DNA of 64,000 bases from contig CBDAVM010000001.1 of assembly GCA_965200895.1 (NCBI GenBank), positions 2,066,287 through 2,130,286 on the forward strand, given 5' to 3'. Position numbers and translations under genes: made by a program. The DNA is from Vicinamibacterales bacterium (GTDB lineage Bacteria > Acidobacteriota > Vicinamibacteria > Vicinamibacterales > UBA8438). Under the pieces are notes generated by a model. It saw nothing but the letters and a program-made list of their open reading frames with translations. It was not told where the DNA came from and searched no databases. This document shows positions 17,940 through 31,369 of this stretch, piece after piece (the stretch's first letter is position 1; each line of letters opens with the position of its first letter).

Positions 17940-18509
17940 TCAAGTGATCGAGCGGAGACGGGCGAGGAAGTCGTCGAGCGAGGTCGCCGTGAGGAGATGC
18001 CTGCCGGCCGCGTGGAGGGTGTGTTCGTCGGTCAGGGGGGCCAGCGCTTCGGCTGTCGGCGTTTTGGCGGCAGGGCCGAACTTGGCGGTGGCCAGTTGGC
18101 AGAGGGAGTTGATGTGCCCTTCCGTGCGCCCTTGGGTGATGCCTTGGGCGATGTACGGCTTGGGCCACTCGGCGATGCGTTCCTCAAGCGTCATCTTCAG
18201 TTCCCCCAACGTTGCTGCCGTCGGCAGCGGTTGGCCCGAAAACAGCCGTCCTGCAAGTTGCTCGATCCAGATCCGGAACGTGTCCCTGAGCTCGGTGTTG
18301 CCGGGTCGGCCGAGCAACCCGTCGAGTGACGATACCACGTGCGGCAGGTCGGTGACGGACTGGATCTGCTCGAGTCGTGCGAGCGCGGTCATCAGGTTGT
18401 CCGGTGCGATGTTGTCGGCGTCGGTCTGTTGGAGATCGACGAGCACGTACTCCTGCGAGAGCTGGTGGCGGCGGAGCCTCTCGTCGGTGAGCGGGATCAG
18501 ATCGCGCAT
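17940..18509 (-). pseudogene. Rpn/YhgA-like (PD-(D/E)XK putative transposase) C-terminal fragment with DUF4351-like tail; nuclease N-terminus missing
   Basis: From ATG 18509 in ORF 17940..18815: YVLVDLQQTDADNI..., MTLEERIAEWPKPYIAQGITQGRTEGHINSLCQLATAKFG...LTDEHTL...SLDDFLARL. This resembles the second half of Rpn-family proteins. The upstream part of the ORF is encoded by the repeat at 18646..18793. Confidence 0.5.
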
Positions 18510-18645
18510 CGAGCGCGGCGCTCGCCAGGGGCGGTCGCCGCTGAGGGCGCGCTGGCCATGGTGGCGAGGCGATTGCGTTTGACCGGATCGGAGCGTGCGC
18601 TGGTAGGCCGGCTGGCGGAACAGCGCGATGACCGCGCGGCCCAAG

Positions 18646-18793
18646 CAGTCGTGGCGAAAGTCCCCGCGGCATTCGAGCGGCGATGCATCCCGCCTGGCTG
18701 CGTTGCTCCGCGGTCGAACAGGGCCGACATGTTCCCTTGTCGCGCCTTGCCAGGCGGGCGCCTCGGTGCTCGCGGGGATTCCGCCACGGACTG
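18646..18793. repeat. palindromic MITE-like / structured repeat, copy A
   Basis: Near-identical arms are shared with 36980..37139. The ends are imperfect inverted repeats: CAGTCGTGGCGAAAGTCCCCGCG versus the reverse complement of the 3' end, CAGTCCGTGGCGGAATCCCCGCG. There is an inner inverted repeat CCCGCCTGG / CCAGGCGGG. Confidence 0.6.
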
Positions 18794-18884
18794 CAAGGGC
18801 AGCCGGGACAACCACACATCATGCAAGTCGTGACGGCGCCGGCCGTGCGCCCCCACGCCTCTCACGCCGAACCGGGCCGCCCCG

Positions 18885-18890
18885 TATAAT
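18885..18890 (+). promoter_or_regulatory. possible -10 box (TATAAT) for lepA
   Basis: A perfect TATAAT lies 25 nt upstream of ATG 18915. There is no convincing -35. Confidence 0.35.
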
Positions 18891-18914
18891 CGTTCGACAC
18901 GCTCGGCCCTCCCG

Positions 18915-20714
<1,800 letters not shown>

Positions 20715-21027
20715 CGGCGGTTGGAGAAGCGGAAGGAGGGCAAGCGGCGCATGAAACGCGTGGGCAGCGTCGAGATTCCGCAGGAGGCCTTCCTCGCAGT
20801 GCTTCGGGTGGACGAATGACGGCGGTTGGAGAAGCGGAAGGAGGGCGAGCGGCGCATGAAGCGCGTGGGCAGCGTGGAGATCCCGCAGGAGGCCTTCCTC
20901 GCGGTGCTTCGGGTGGACGAATGACGGCGGTGGTGCGTGGCGCGCCCGATCCGTGCGCCGACCATGCGGACGGGTGGGCGGTGGAACGCCGCCGCAGGCC
21001 GTTCTGCCGCGGGTGACAGGGGTGACG

Positions 21028-21810
21028 ATGGCGAGGACGAGAGGGCGGACGCGGAGCGGGACAGGGGCCCGGGCGCGGAGCGGGTCGCCGGGCGGGGCGC
21101 GACCGCCGGCGCCGGAACCGCGACCCTGGCGTCGGTCGACGGCACGGGAGTACTTCGAGTCGATCGTCATCGCCGTCATCCTGGCGCTGTTCGTGCGTAC
21201 GTGGGTGGTGCAGGCGTTCACGATCCCCACCGGCTCGATGGAGCACAACCTGCTGGTCGGCGACTACCTGCTGGTGAACAAGTTCGTGCTCGGACCGACC
21301 CTGACCGGGGCCGAGCGGTTCCTGCTGCCCCAGGGCACGGTGTCGCGCGGCGACATCATCGTCTTCAAGTTCCCGCGCGACCCCGAACGGGATTTCATCA
21401 AGCGGGTCATCGGGCTGCCGGGCGAGACCCTCGAGGTGCGCGAGGGTGCGGTGCACATCGACGGCGAGCCGCTGGACGAGCCGTGGTTGCGGCAGCCGGG
21501 AACGGCCTCGGCGGCCGGGGCGATGGTGATCCCGCGCCGCGACAACCACGGACCGGTGGCCATTCCCGCCGGGCACTACTTCATGATGGGCGACAACCGG
21601 GGCAACTCCGAGGACAGCCGGGTCTGGGGTCCGCTGCCGCATGACCACATCAAGGGGCGGGCGGTGGTCCTCTACTGGTCCTACGACTCCGGGAGTCCGG
21701 CGATTCTCCCGCAGCCGGGCCTCGGCGCCGCGCTGCGGCGGGTCGGCTCGATGGCCACGCACTTCTTCACGCGCACCCGCTGGGACCGCATGTTGCGGCA
21801 GGTTCGCTGA
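21028..21810 (+). CDS. lepB: signal peptidase I
   Basis: In ORF 20953..21810, from ATG 21028. Motifs: IPTGSMEHNL (Ser box), GDIIVFKFP, FIKRVIGLPGE (Lys box), GHYFMMGDNRGNSEDSR. Confidence 0.9.
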   Translation: MARTRGRTRSGTGARARSGSPGGARPPAPEPRPWRRSTAREYFESIVIAVILALFVRTWVVQAFTIPTGSMEHNLLVGDYLLVNKFVLGPTLTGAERFLLPQGTVSRGDIIVFKFPRDPERDFIKRVIGLPGETLEVREGAVHIDGEPLDEPWLRQPGTASAAGAMVIPRRDNHGPVAIPAGHYFMMGDNRGNSEDSRVWGPLPHDHIKGRAVVLYWSYDSGSPAILPQPGLGAALRRVGSMATHFFTRTRWDRMLRQVR

Positions 21811-21917
21811 CGCGCCGCCGTACCCGGGCAGAGCAGGTCAGGCCGCCGCTTCCGCGATCGGGCCCGGACGCGCGCCGGCCGCCTCCGGGCGGACGGGTCG
21901 GCGACCGTTCGACCGCA

Positions 21918-22601
21918 TCAGGCGCCGGGGAGCGCGCTCGGCGTGCGGCGGCCGAAGAGCGCGGTGCCGACGCGCACCATCGTGGCGCCCTCCTCAATGG
22001 CGGCTTCGAAGTCGTGGCTCATGCCCATCGACAGTTCGCCGAGTGCGGCGCGAGCGATTCCCTCGTCGAGCAGTGCGTCGCGCAGCTCCCGAAGCCGGCG
22101 GAAGTACGGCCGGGTCGCTTCGGCGTCCTCGTTCCAGGGGGGCATCAGCATCAGTCCCCGCACGCGGGCGGCCCGGCATGCCGCGGCGGCCTCCAACAGC
22201 GGGCGCACGTCTCCGACCGGCGCGCCGTGCTTGGTCTCCTCGCCCGCGAGATCGACCTGCACGAGCAGGTTGGGGGTCGCTCCCGTGTCGGCCGCGGCCT
22301 GATCGAGACGACGCAGCAGCTTGCGGCTGTCGACGGAATGGATCCAGTGGAAGGCGGTCGCCGCAGCGCGCGCCTTGTTCGACTGCAGGTGGCCGATCAG
22401 GTGCCACCGGACCGGCAGCCCGGGCGCTCGCTCGATCTTCCCGAGCGCCTCCTGGACGCGGTTCTCGCCGAAGTCGGCGAGCCCGGCGTCCGCTCCCGCA
22501 TCGACCGCGGCCAGCGGGAACGTCTTCGAGACGGCGACGAGGCGGATTGCGTCCGGGTCCCGGCCGGCCGCCCGTGCGGCGCGGTCGATGCGCTCGCGCA
22601 C
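21918..22601 (-). CDS. yggS: YggS-family PLP homeostasis protein
   Basis: Motifs LVAVSKTFP, FGENRVQE, WHLIGHLQSNK, SMGMSHDFEAAIEEGATMVRVGTALFG. GTG is at 22601; the true start may lie a few codons upstream. Confidence 0.85.
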   Translation of the reverse strand: MRERIDRAARAAGRDPDAIRLVAVSKTFPLAAVDAGADAGLADFGENRVQEALGKIERAPGLPVRWHLIGHLQSNKARAAATAFHWIHSVDSRKLLRRLDQAAADTGATPNLLVQVDLAGEETKHGAPVGDVRPLLEAAAACRAARVRGLMLMPPWNEDAEATRPYFRRLRELRDALLDEGIARAALGELSMGMSHDFEAAIEEGATMVRVGTALFGRRTPSALPGA

Positions 22602-22651
22602 GCGGCGGACGTTCGCGGCGAGCGTCTCCCGACTCGGCGGTGTGCTCAGGC

Positions 22652-23656
22652 TCAGCGCTCCAGTGCGGCGATGCGCGACCGGACGTCGGCCGCGTGTTCG
22701 GCGTTGCCGTCCAGGCTGAGCGCCCGGCGCAGCGCGGTCAGCGCGGGACCGGGCCGGCCGATCTCGGTCAGCACCACGCCCAGCCAGTAGTACGCCGGCG
22801 CGTAGCCCGGGTCCTGGTCGGCCGCCTCCGCGAACCGCCTCCGCGCGTCCTCCAGGTTGCCCGCGTCGCGGAAGGTGAGGCCGCGATCCACGGATTCGGC
22901 GGCCTGCCGGCGTCGCACTTCGAGAGCGCTCAGGGTCAGGCGTCTCGCCTGGTCACCGGCGGCGGCGGCTTCCACCGGGCGCCCGGATCGATTGAGGACG
23001 TTCGCCAGGCCGTAGTACGCCGCGGTGTAGTCCGGCCTGACGTCGAGAGCGTCCCGGAAGGCGCGTTCGGCATCTGCCCAACGTTCCAGCGCCGAGTAGG
23101 CGACGCCGATGTTGTAGTGGCATTCGACGCAGTTCGGATCGAGACCGGCGGCCAGGGTGAACCAGGTCACGGCGTCGTCGTACGCCTCGTCGCGGTTGGC
23201 CTGCACGCCCGTCGCGAACAGCTCGTCGAGGCGCCCGCGCGCGCCGTCCGCGACAATCCAGGGCGTGGCGCTCCGGCCCGGTCCGAGAACGAACCCGATC
23301 TCGACTGTCCGCTGGTCCCGGACCTGCACGCGGTAGACCTCGCTCCGCCGCGCGCCGCGCGCCGCCGTCGCTGCGTACAGACCCGGTGCCACGTCGTGGC
23401 GGGCGAAGCGACCGTCCGGTCCGGTCTCGAACTCCAGCGAGGCACCGTCGCCGTCGAGCGGCAGCAGGACGATGAGCGCGCTGGAAACGCCGACCTGTCC
23501 TTCCTCGTCCACGACCGCGCCGCGCACGATGCCGGCGGGTTGCGCGTACGCCATGCCGATCGAACCGACGATGCCGATGGCGGCCGCGCACGCCATCCAC
23601 CCGGCGCGCCGGGCCCGGTGCGCCGGGTGCAGGCGACCCGCGCCGCGCGGTGTCAT
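22652..23656 (-). CDS. secreted CarboxypepD_reg-like + TPR repeat protein
   Basis: ORF 22652..23692, probable ATG 23656. It has a TM/signal segment WMACAAAIGIVGSIGMAYA, a VRGAVVDEEG...GPDGRF...APGLY beta-sandwich, then several TPR-like units (YYGLANVL, YYWLGVVL). Confidence 0.7.
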   Translation of the reverse strand: MTPRGAGRLHPAHRARRAGWMACAAAIGIVGSIGMAYAQPAGIVRGAVVDEEGQVGVSSALIVLLPLDGDGASLEFETGPDGRFARHDVAPGLYAATAARGARRSEVYRVQVRDQRTVEIGFVLGPGRSATPWIVADGARGRLDELFATGVQANRDEAYDDAVTWFTLAAGLDPNCVECHYNIGVAYSALERWADAERAFRDALDVRPDYTAAYYGLANVLNRSGRPVEAAAAGDQARRLTLSALEVRRRQAAESVDRGLTFRDAGNLEDARRRFAEAADQDPGYAPAYYWLGVVLTEIGRPGPALTALRRALSLDGNAEHAADVRSRIAALER

Positions 23657-23717
23657 ACCTACAGTGTAGGAGCTTGCGCCGCCGAGACGCAACGAAGTGC
23701 GTTCTGCCGGCAGCCGC

Positions 23718-25625
23718 TCAGGGACCGTTGTTCGGCGAATCGTGGAAGCGGGCCACCGACGCCAGGTCGTGCGTCATCGGCGCGGGCGGCAGGGAGTCGA
23801 GGAAGCGGCGCCCGTAGCCCTTCGTCCGCAGCCGCGGGTCCAGCAGCGCCAGGACACCGCGGTCGGTGCGGTGCCGGAGCAGCCGGCCGAGTCCCTGCCG
23901 CAGGTGCAGGATGGCGAGCGGCACCTGGTAGTCGGCGAATGGGTTCCCGCCTTCCGCCTCTATCTGCTCCATGCGGGCTGCGGTCAGCGGGTCGCCCGGC
24001 GAAGCGAACGGCAGCTTGTCGATCACGACGCAGCTCAGGGCGTCGCCGGCGACGTCCACGCCCTGCCAGAAGCTGGAGGTCGCCAGCAGTACCGCGTTCG
24101 GCGTGGTGCGGAACTCGCGCAGGAGGACGCTGCGCGGGGAGGCGCCCTGTACCAGCAGCGGATACGGCAGCGTCGGATCGAGTCGGGCGTGCACGTCACG
24201 CAGGTTCGCGTAACTCGTGAAGAGTACGAAGGCGCGGCCGGTGGTGATTCGCAGCAGCGCCGTGACCTCGCGCGCCACCGCCGCGGTGAAGCCGGGATGG
24301 CTCGGCGGCGGCATCGCCCGCGGCAGGTAGAGGATGGCCTGCTCGCGGTAGTCGAATTCCGACGGCAGCCGCAGCTCGGTCGCCTCGACGATGCCCAGGC
24401 GCCCCCGCAGGTACGCGAACGACTCGTCGACGGTCAGCGTGGCCGAGGTCAGGACCGTGCTCTCCATCCGCTCGATGAGCAGCTCGCGGATGATGCTCGA
24501 CACGTCGATCGGCGCGGCGCGCAGGAAGAGGCCCCGTCTGCGCCGCTCCACGAAGTAGACGCAGGCGGGGTCGGCGGCGGTCAGCAGGAAGGCGAGCTGG
24601 GTGCGGATCTCGTCCGCCCGCCGACCGAGCGCGGCCAGGTCGGTGCTGGCCGCAGGCGCGGCCAGGCGCGACGCGGCCGCGGCGAGATCGCCCAGGTGCC
24701 GTCCCAGGCGGCGGGCGGGCTCCGCGACCCCGGAGAGCGCCTCGGCGGTCACCCGGGTGCGCTCTCCCGCTGCGGCGGTCGCCGCGAGCGCGCCGAAGAA
24801 CAGGTGAGCGTCGCTGCGCACGCCGTCGAGCAGATCCAGCAGTTCGAGCACCGATGTCTCCTCCAGCTCGACCGCCGCCGCGTCGCCGTCGACGAGTCGG
24901 CGCCCGTCGTGGTACAGCTCGTCGATCCGGTGGTTGCTGACGGCGATGCCGAAGTACTGGGTCGCCACGTCCTCGAGCTGGTGGGCCTCGTCGATCACCG
25001 CGACCGCGCACGCCGGAATCACCTCGCCGTAGGCGCTCTGGCGCACCGCGGCGTCGGCGCAGAGCAGGTGATGGTTGACGATGACCACGTCCGACTCGGC
25101 GGCCCGCTGCCGCATCCTCGTCACGAAGCACTCCTGGTAGGCGGGGCACTCGGTGCCGATGCAGTTCTCGGACGTGGCCGAGACGTCGTTCCAGACGGCC
25201 AGGTTGTCGGGGAAATCCTCGATCTCGGCGCGGTCGCCGGTCTCGGTCCGCTCGGCCCACTCCGCAAGCTGGTTGATCACGCTGCGTTCGGCCAGCGGCA
25301 GCCCACCGCCGGCCTCTGCGCGCGCCGCGGCGAAGCGGTGCAGGCACAGGTAGTTGCCGCGCCCCTTCATGTACGTGGCGCGGACGTCGATGCCGAGCGC
25401 GTTTCGCAGGTCCGGGAGGTCCTTGTGGAAGATCTGGTCCTGCAGGTTCTTCGTGCCGGTCGAGACGAGGACGCGCTGCCCGCTCAGGATGGCCGGGACG
25501 AGGTAGGCCAGCGTCTTGCCGGTTCCGGTGCCGGCTTCGGCCAGCAGCACGCCGCCGGCCTCGAGAACGCGCGCGGCGGCGGCCGCCATCCGCCGCTGAC
25601 CCGGCCGCGCCTCGAACGCCGGCAT
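23718..25625 (-). CDS. dinG: DinG/Rad3-family ATP-dependent helicase with Fe-S cluster cysteines
   Basis: C-terminal 635+ aa of ORF 23718..27395. Motifs: AEAGTGTGKTLAYL (Walker A), four Cys (CLH..C..ECP..QEC), VIDEAHQLED (DEAH), ATSSFWQGVDV, IDKLPF. Start is ATG 25625 or GTG 25763, the latter overlapping the glyA 3' end. Confidence 0.85.
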   Translation of the reverse strand: MPAFEARPGQRRMAAAAARVLEAGGVLLAEAGTGTGKTLAYLVPAILSGQRVLVSTGTKNLQDQIFHKDLPDLRNALGIDVRATYMKGRGNYLCLHRFAAARAEAGGGLPLAERSVINQLAEWAERTETGDRAEIEDFPDNLAVWNDVSATSENCIGTECPAYQECFVTRMRQRAAESDVVIVNHHLLCADAAVRQSAYGEVIPACAVAVIDEAHQLEDVATQYFGIAVSNHRIDELYHDGRRLVDGDAAAVELEETSVLELLDLLDGVRSDAHLFFGALAATAAAGERTRVTAEALSGVAEPARRLGRHLGDLAAAASRLAAPAASTDLAALGRRADEIRTQLAFLLTAADPACVYFVERRRRGLFLRAAPIDVSSIIRELLIERMESTVLTSATLTVDESFAYLRGRLGIVEATELRLPSEFDYREQAILYLPRAMPPPSHPGFTAAVAREVTALLRITTGRAFVLFTSYANLRDVHARLDPTLPYPLLVQGASPRSVLLREFRTTPNAVLLATSSFWQGVDVAGDALSCVVIDKLPFASPGDPLTAARMEQIEAEGGNPFADYQVPLAILHLRQGLGRLLRHRTDRGVLALLDPRLRTKGYGRRFLDSLPPAPMTHDLASVARFHDSPNNGP

Positions 25626-25711
25626 CGCGCGGGCCAGCGCGCCGCCGTCGGCAAGCGCCTCGACGACCCGCGTCTCCAGTCCCGGATCCAGATCCGGCCG
25701 CGGGCCCGGAT

Positions 25712-27028
25712 CTAGATCCGGCCGCGGGGGAAGGGAGTCGGGTACAGCGGGAACTTCCGGCACAGCGCTTCGACCTCGCCTCGAACCATGGCGGCGACGC
25801 GGTCGTCGTCGGGGGCGTTCAGCACGCGTCCGATCAATTCCGCCACGGTGTCCATCTCCGCGTCCGCCATGCCCCGCGTGGTGAGCGCGGGCGTGCCGAG
25901 TCGGATGCCGCTGGCCACCATGGGCGGCTGCGTGTCGAACGGGATCGCGTTCTTGTTCACCGTGATGCCGGCCCGTTCGAGCGCCGTCTCGCAGACGGTG
26001 CCGGTGAGGCCGCGGGAGAACACATCGACGAGGAGCAGGTGGTTGTCGGTGCCGCCGCTCACGATGCGGAAGCCCTGCGCGGCGAGCGTGTCGGCCAGGC
26101 GGCCCGCGTTGCGCACGACCTGCCGTTGGTAGTCGACGAAGTCGGGGGCCGCGGCCTCCTTGAAGCAGACCGCCTTGGCGGCGATGACGTGCATCAGCGG
26201 TCCGCCCTGCACGCCGGGAAAGAGGGACCGGTTGATGGCTCTGCGATGGGCCTCGCGGCAGAGGAGCAGGCCCCCGCGCGGTCCCCGCAGCGTCTTGTGG
26301 GTCGTGGTGGTCACGACATCGGAGTGCGGCACCGGACTCGGATGGAGCCCGGTGGCGACCAGACCGGCGATGTGCGCCATGTCGGTGACCACCGCGGCCC
26401 CGACATCGGCCGCCACGCCGGCGATGCGCGCGAAGTCGATCGTGCGCGGATAGGCGCTCGCTCCCACCATGATCAGCGCCGGCCGGTGCTCGTGCGCGAG
26501 CCGTTCGAGCGCGTCGTAGTCGATCCGCTCGTCGTCGCGCCGCACACCGTAGGGAACGATCTCGTAGAGCTGTCCCGAGAAGTTCAGCGGGTGACCGTGG
26601 GTCAGGTGTCCGCCGTGCGCGAGGTCCATGCCGAGCACCTTCCGGCCCGGCTCGAGCAGCGCGAAGTACGCCGCCATGTTCGCCTGCGCGCCCGAGTGCG
26701 GTTGCACGTTGGCATGCTCGGCCCCGAACAGGGTCCTGGCGCGGTCGATGGCGATCGACTCGGCCACGTCGACGTATTCGCAGCCGCCGTAGTACCGTCG
26801 CCCCGGATAGCCCTCCGCGTACTTGTTGGTCAGCGGCGAGCCCAGCGCCTCGATCACCGCGGCGCTGGCGAAGTTCTCGGAAGCGATCAGCTCGAGTCCG
26901 TCGTTCTGCCGTTCCGTCTCGTGCCGGATGGCCGCCGCCAGCTCGGGATCGCTCTCGGCAAGTGGTCGCAGGCGGCCCGCGAGGCCGGCGGTCGCTGCGG
27001 TTCGGCCGGCGTCGCGGTGCTGCGTCAC
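25712..27028 (-). CDS. glyA: serine hydroxymethyltransferase
   Basis: Motifs [39 protein letters not shown] (PLP Lys). The GTG start overlaps the rpiB stop (GTGA). Confidence 0.95.
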   Translation of the reverse strand: MTQHRDAGRTAATAGLAGRLRPLAESDPELAAAIRHETERQNDGLELIASENFASAAVIEALGSPLTNKYAEGYPGRRYYGGCEYVDVAESIAIDRARTLFGAEHANVQPHSGAQANMAAYFALLEPGRKVLGMDLAHGGHLTHGHPLNFSGQLYEIVPYGVRRDDERIDYDALERLAHEHRPALIMVGASAYPRTIDFARIAGVAADVGAAVVTDMAHIAGLVATGLHPSPVPHSDVVTTTTHKTLRGPRGGLLLCREAHRRAINRSLFPGVQGGPLMHVIAAKAVCFKEAAAPDFVDYQRQVVRNAGRLADTLAAQGFRIVSGGTDNHLLLVDVFSRGLTGTVCETALERAGITVNKNAIPFDTQPPMVASGIRLGTPALTTRGMADAEMDTVAELIGRVLNAPDDDRVAAMVRGEVEALCRKFPLYPTPFPRGRI

Positions 27029-27504
27029 GGGGCGCCTTCCGGGCCGTGCTCCATGCCGGCGATCTTGGCGCGGCGGCGCTCATGGCGCCCCCCCGCGGCG
27101 GGCGTCCCGAGGAAGGCGTCGACGATGGCCAGCACGGTATCGGGCGCCAGCGACCGGCCCGCGAGGGTGACGACATTGGCGTCGTTGTGCTCGCGGCAGA
27201 GACGGGCCCCGTCGGGATCGTGGACCAGGGCGGCGCGCACGCCGGGCACCTTGTTGGCGGCGATCGACATCCCCACCCCGCTGCCGCAGATGAGCACGCC
27301 GCGGTCGAACGCGCCCGACGCGACGCCCTCGGCCACCGGCTGCGCGAAGTCGGGGTAGTCCACTGCCGCTTCCGAATGGGCGCCGAAATCGACATAGGTA
27401 TGAGCGGGCGCAGACGAGCCCGTGCGCGCCGCCGCGTCGAACGCGCGTCTGACCGATGCCTTGAGCGCGACGCCGTGGTGGTCGGCGCCGAGCGCGATCC
27501 GCAT
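27025..27504 (-). CDS. rpiB: ribose-5-phosphate isomerase B
   Basis: Motifs [38 protein letters not shown]. Confidence 0.9.
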   Translation of the reverse strand: MRIALGADHHGVALKASVRRAFDAAARTGSSAPAHTYVDFGAHSEAAVDYPDFAQPVAEGVASGAFDRGVLICGSGVGMSIAANKVPGVRAALVHDPDGARLCREHNDANVVTLAGRSLAPDTVLAIVDAFLGTPAAGGRHERRRAKIAGMEHGPEGAP

Positions 27505-27595
27505 GCCGGAATTGTACTACGCTGCCTGCGGGCGGCGGCCCCGCGAACGTCGCGCGGTCGAATAGAATGTGCCGGTCTTTTGCGGCCCCCCGCAC

Positions 27596-28933
27596 ATGAA
27601 GCACACGGACCGAGCGTCAGGCCGGCGGCGAACCGGCCGCGGTGCCCCGGACGACGAGTCGCCGGCCACCCGACCGCGGTCGCGGCGGCGCCCGGCGCCG
27701 GGCAGCGGGTCCCGCCGGGCCGAGGCGGCGTCCGGCGCAGCGCGCGACGCGCCCGCCGTGCGGACCTCCGCCCGGGAACCCGCCGTCGTGCTGGCGGCTC
27801 GCGGCGAGCGCCGCCTGAAGACCGGCCATCCGTGGATCTATCGCTCCGATCTCCGGCGCGTGACCGCGGACCCGGGTGACGTGGTGCGGGTGATGGGGCC
27901 CGACCGCCGGCCGCTCGGGTACGGGTTGTACAGCAGTCGCTCGGTGATCGCCCTCAGAATGCTGACCCGACGCGATGCCCGCCCCGACGAAGGCTTCTGG
28001 CGCGCCCGGCTCGAAGCGGTGGTCGGCTATCGCGAGTCGCTGGATATCGACGCCACGGCGTATCGGCTGGTTCACGGCGAGGGAGATCGACTGCCCGGGC
28101 TGGTGGTCGATCGCTACGGCGACGTGCTCGTGGTGCAGACGTTGTCCCAGGGCACCGAGCGGCTGCTGCCGCTGATCGGGAAGGTGCTGATCGACTGCCT
28201 GCAGCCGGCCGGGATTCTGGCGCGCAACGATGCGCAGGTGCGGGCTCTCGAAGGTCTGGACCGGGTCGTCGAGCTGCGTCACGGCCGCGTCGCCGAGGAG
28301 GTGGAGGTCCGCGAGGGGACTGTGCGTCTGTGCGTGGATCCGTGGCGGGGGCAGAAGACCGGACTCTTTCTGGATCAGCGCGAGAACCGCCGGGCCGCGG
28401 CGCGTTACGCCCGCGGGAGGGCGTTCGACGGCTTCAGCTACACCGGCGCGTTCGCGCTGCAGATGGCTCCCGGCTGCGACGAAGTGGTCGCCGTGGACGT
28501 CTCGGAGAGCGCGGCGGCAGCCGTCGGCAAGCACGCCGAGCGCAACCGCGCCGGCAATGTGAAGGCATGCGCCGGCAACGTATTCGACGTCCTCCGCGAC
28601 TGCGATCGGACGGGCGAACGGTTCGATACCATCGTGCTCGACCCGCCCGCGTTCGCGAAGAACCGCACCGCGGCGCCGCGGGCGCTCGCCGGCTACAAGG
28701 AAATCAACCTGCGCGCGCTCCGGATCCTCTCGCCGGGCGGCCTGCTCGTCACGTCGAGCTGTTCCTATCACGTCGACGAGCCGGCGTTCGCCCGCGTGCT
28801 CGCGTCGGCCGCCGCCGACGCCCGGTCGGACGTCCGCGTCGTCGAGAAGCGGCTGCAGAGCCGCGATCATCCCGTGCTGGCGACCGCGCCCGAGACCGCG
28901 TATCTGAAGTGCGTCGTCCTGCAGCGGATGTAG
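27596..28933 (+). CDS. rlmI: class I SAM-dependent rRNA (cytosine-C5) methyltransferase, RlmI-like
   Basis: ORF 27569..28933, ATG 27596. It has an N-terminal PUA-like region (GHPWIYRSD...VVRV), then QKTGLFLDQREN, DGFSYTGAF, VLDPPAFAK, SSCS. Confidence 0.8.
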   Translation: MKHTDRASGRRRTGRGAPDDESPATRPRSRRRPAPGSGSRRAEAASGAARDAPAVRTSAREPAVVLAARGERRLKTGHPWIYRSDLRRVTADPGDVVRVMGPDRRPLGYGLYSSRSVIALRMLTRRDARPDEGFWRARLEAVVGYRESLDIDATAYRLVHGEGDRLPGLVVDRYGDVLVVQTLSQGTERLLPLIGKVLIDCLQPAGILARNDAQVRALEGLDRVVELRHGRVAEEVEVREGTVRLCVDPWRGQKTGLFLDQRENRRAAARYARGRAFDGFSYTGAFALQMAPGCDEVVAVDVSESAAAAVGKHAERNRAGNVKACAGNVFDVLRDCDRTGERFDTIVLDPPAFAKNRTAAPRALAGYKEINLRALRILSPGGLLVTSSCSYHVDEPAFARVLASAAADARSDVRVVEKRLQSRDHPVLATAPETAYLKCVVLQRM

Positions 28934-30727
<1,794 letters not shown>

Positions 30728-30820
30728 CCGTCCTGCCTGCTTCCGCGCACCCGGCGCGAGCCGCGCGCCGGTTCGGGAGGGAGCGGCGATGGCGGCGGGA
30801 CGATGCTCGCGGCGTCGGCG

Positions 30821-31369
30821 TCAGCGGTTCGTCGCGCCGGCCGGCAGGGTGGTGATCTGGATGATCGTCGGGAAGGCCACCGGACCCGTGCCCGTGGTGT
30901 TGACGTAGCCGGCCGCTCCGTTCCAGGTGTAGTCCTTGATCGTCACGCTCGGGCGATAGTTCATCTCGCGGTCCCGGAACCTCGCGGTCTCGAACTGGTG
31001 GATCGCCGGCGCGTTGTACACGCGCCGGCCGCGCTCGCGCAGCACCACCGAGTAGTAGCGCACCATGTCGGCAAACGCGACGCCCGCTCCGAAGAGGTGG
31101 AAGCGCTGGCCGCGCCCGGCGTCGTACGACGTGATGTACTGCGCGCTCGGGTAGATGGGCACGCCGAGCATCGCCTCCGTCGGGACCTCCACGTCGGTCG
31201 CCGGGGCAGGCCTGGACGCCTCGACCGCGGTCCGCGATGCGGGCCTCGACGGCGCGTCGTCCGGCGTGGGGAACGGACGTGGAACCGGCTGGCGTTGCGC
31301 CGACAGCGGAACGGCCGCGGCCACCAGCAGCGCCGCGCAGGCGGCGTTCGAGACGCGCAAGTATCTCAT
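30821..31369 (-). CDS. hypothetical secreted protein (182 aa), no family recognised
   Basis: Last 182 codons of ORF 30821..32278, from ATG 31369. Signal peptide is MRYLRVSNAACAALLVAAAVPLSAQ, followed by a Pro-rich linker and a compositionally normal globular part. Confidence 0.5.
   Translation of the reverse strand: MRYLRVSNAACAALLVAAAVPLSAQRQPVPRPFPTPDDAPSRPASRTAVEASRPAPATDVEVPTEAMLGVPIYPSAQYITSYDAGRGQRFHLFGAGVAFADMVRYYSVVLRERGRRVYNAPAIHQFETARFRDREMNYRPSVTIKDYTWNGAAGYVNTTGTGPVAFPTIIQITTLPAGATNR

Noticed and set aside
22602-22655. Possible longer N-terminus for yggS overlapping the TPR gene stop.
   Set aside because: The frame stays open upstream (..SRETLAANVRRV..), but only CTG codons are available. 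I kept GTG 22601 and flagged the start as uncertain rather than invent a start.
23718-27395. A single 1225-aa ORF spanning dinG, glyA and rpiB.
   Set aside because: Only the C-terminal ~635-680 aa are helicase-like. The upstream part is an out-of-frame read through glyA (25712..27028) and rpiB (27025..27504), which are clearly coded in their own frames.
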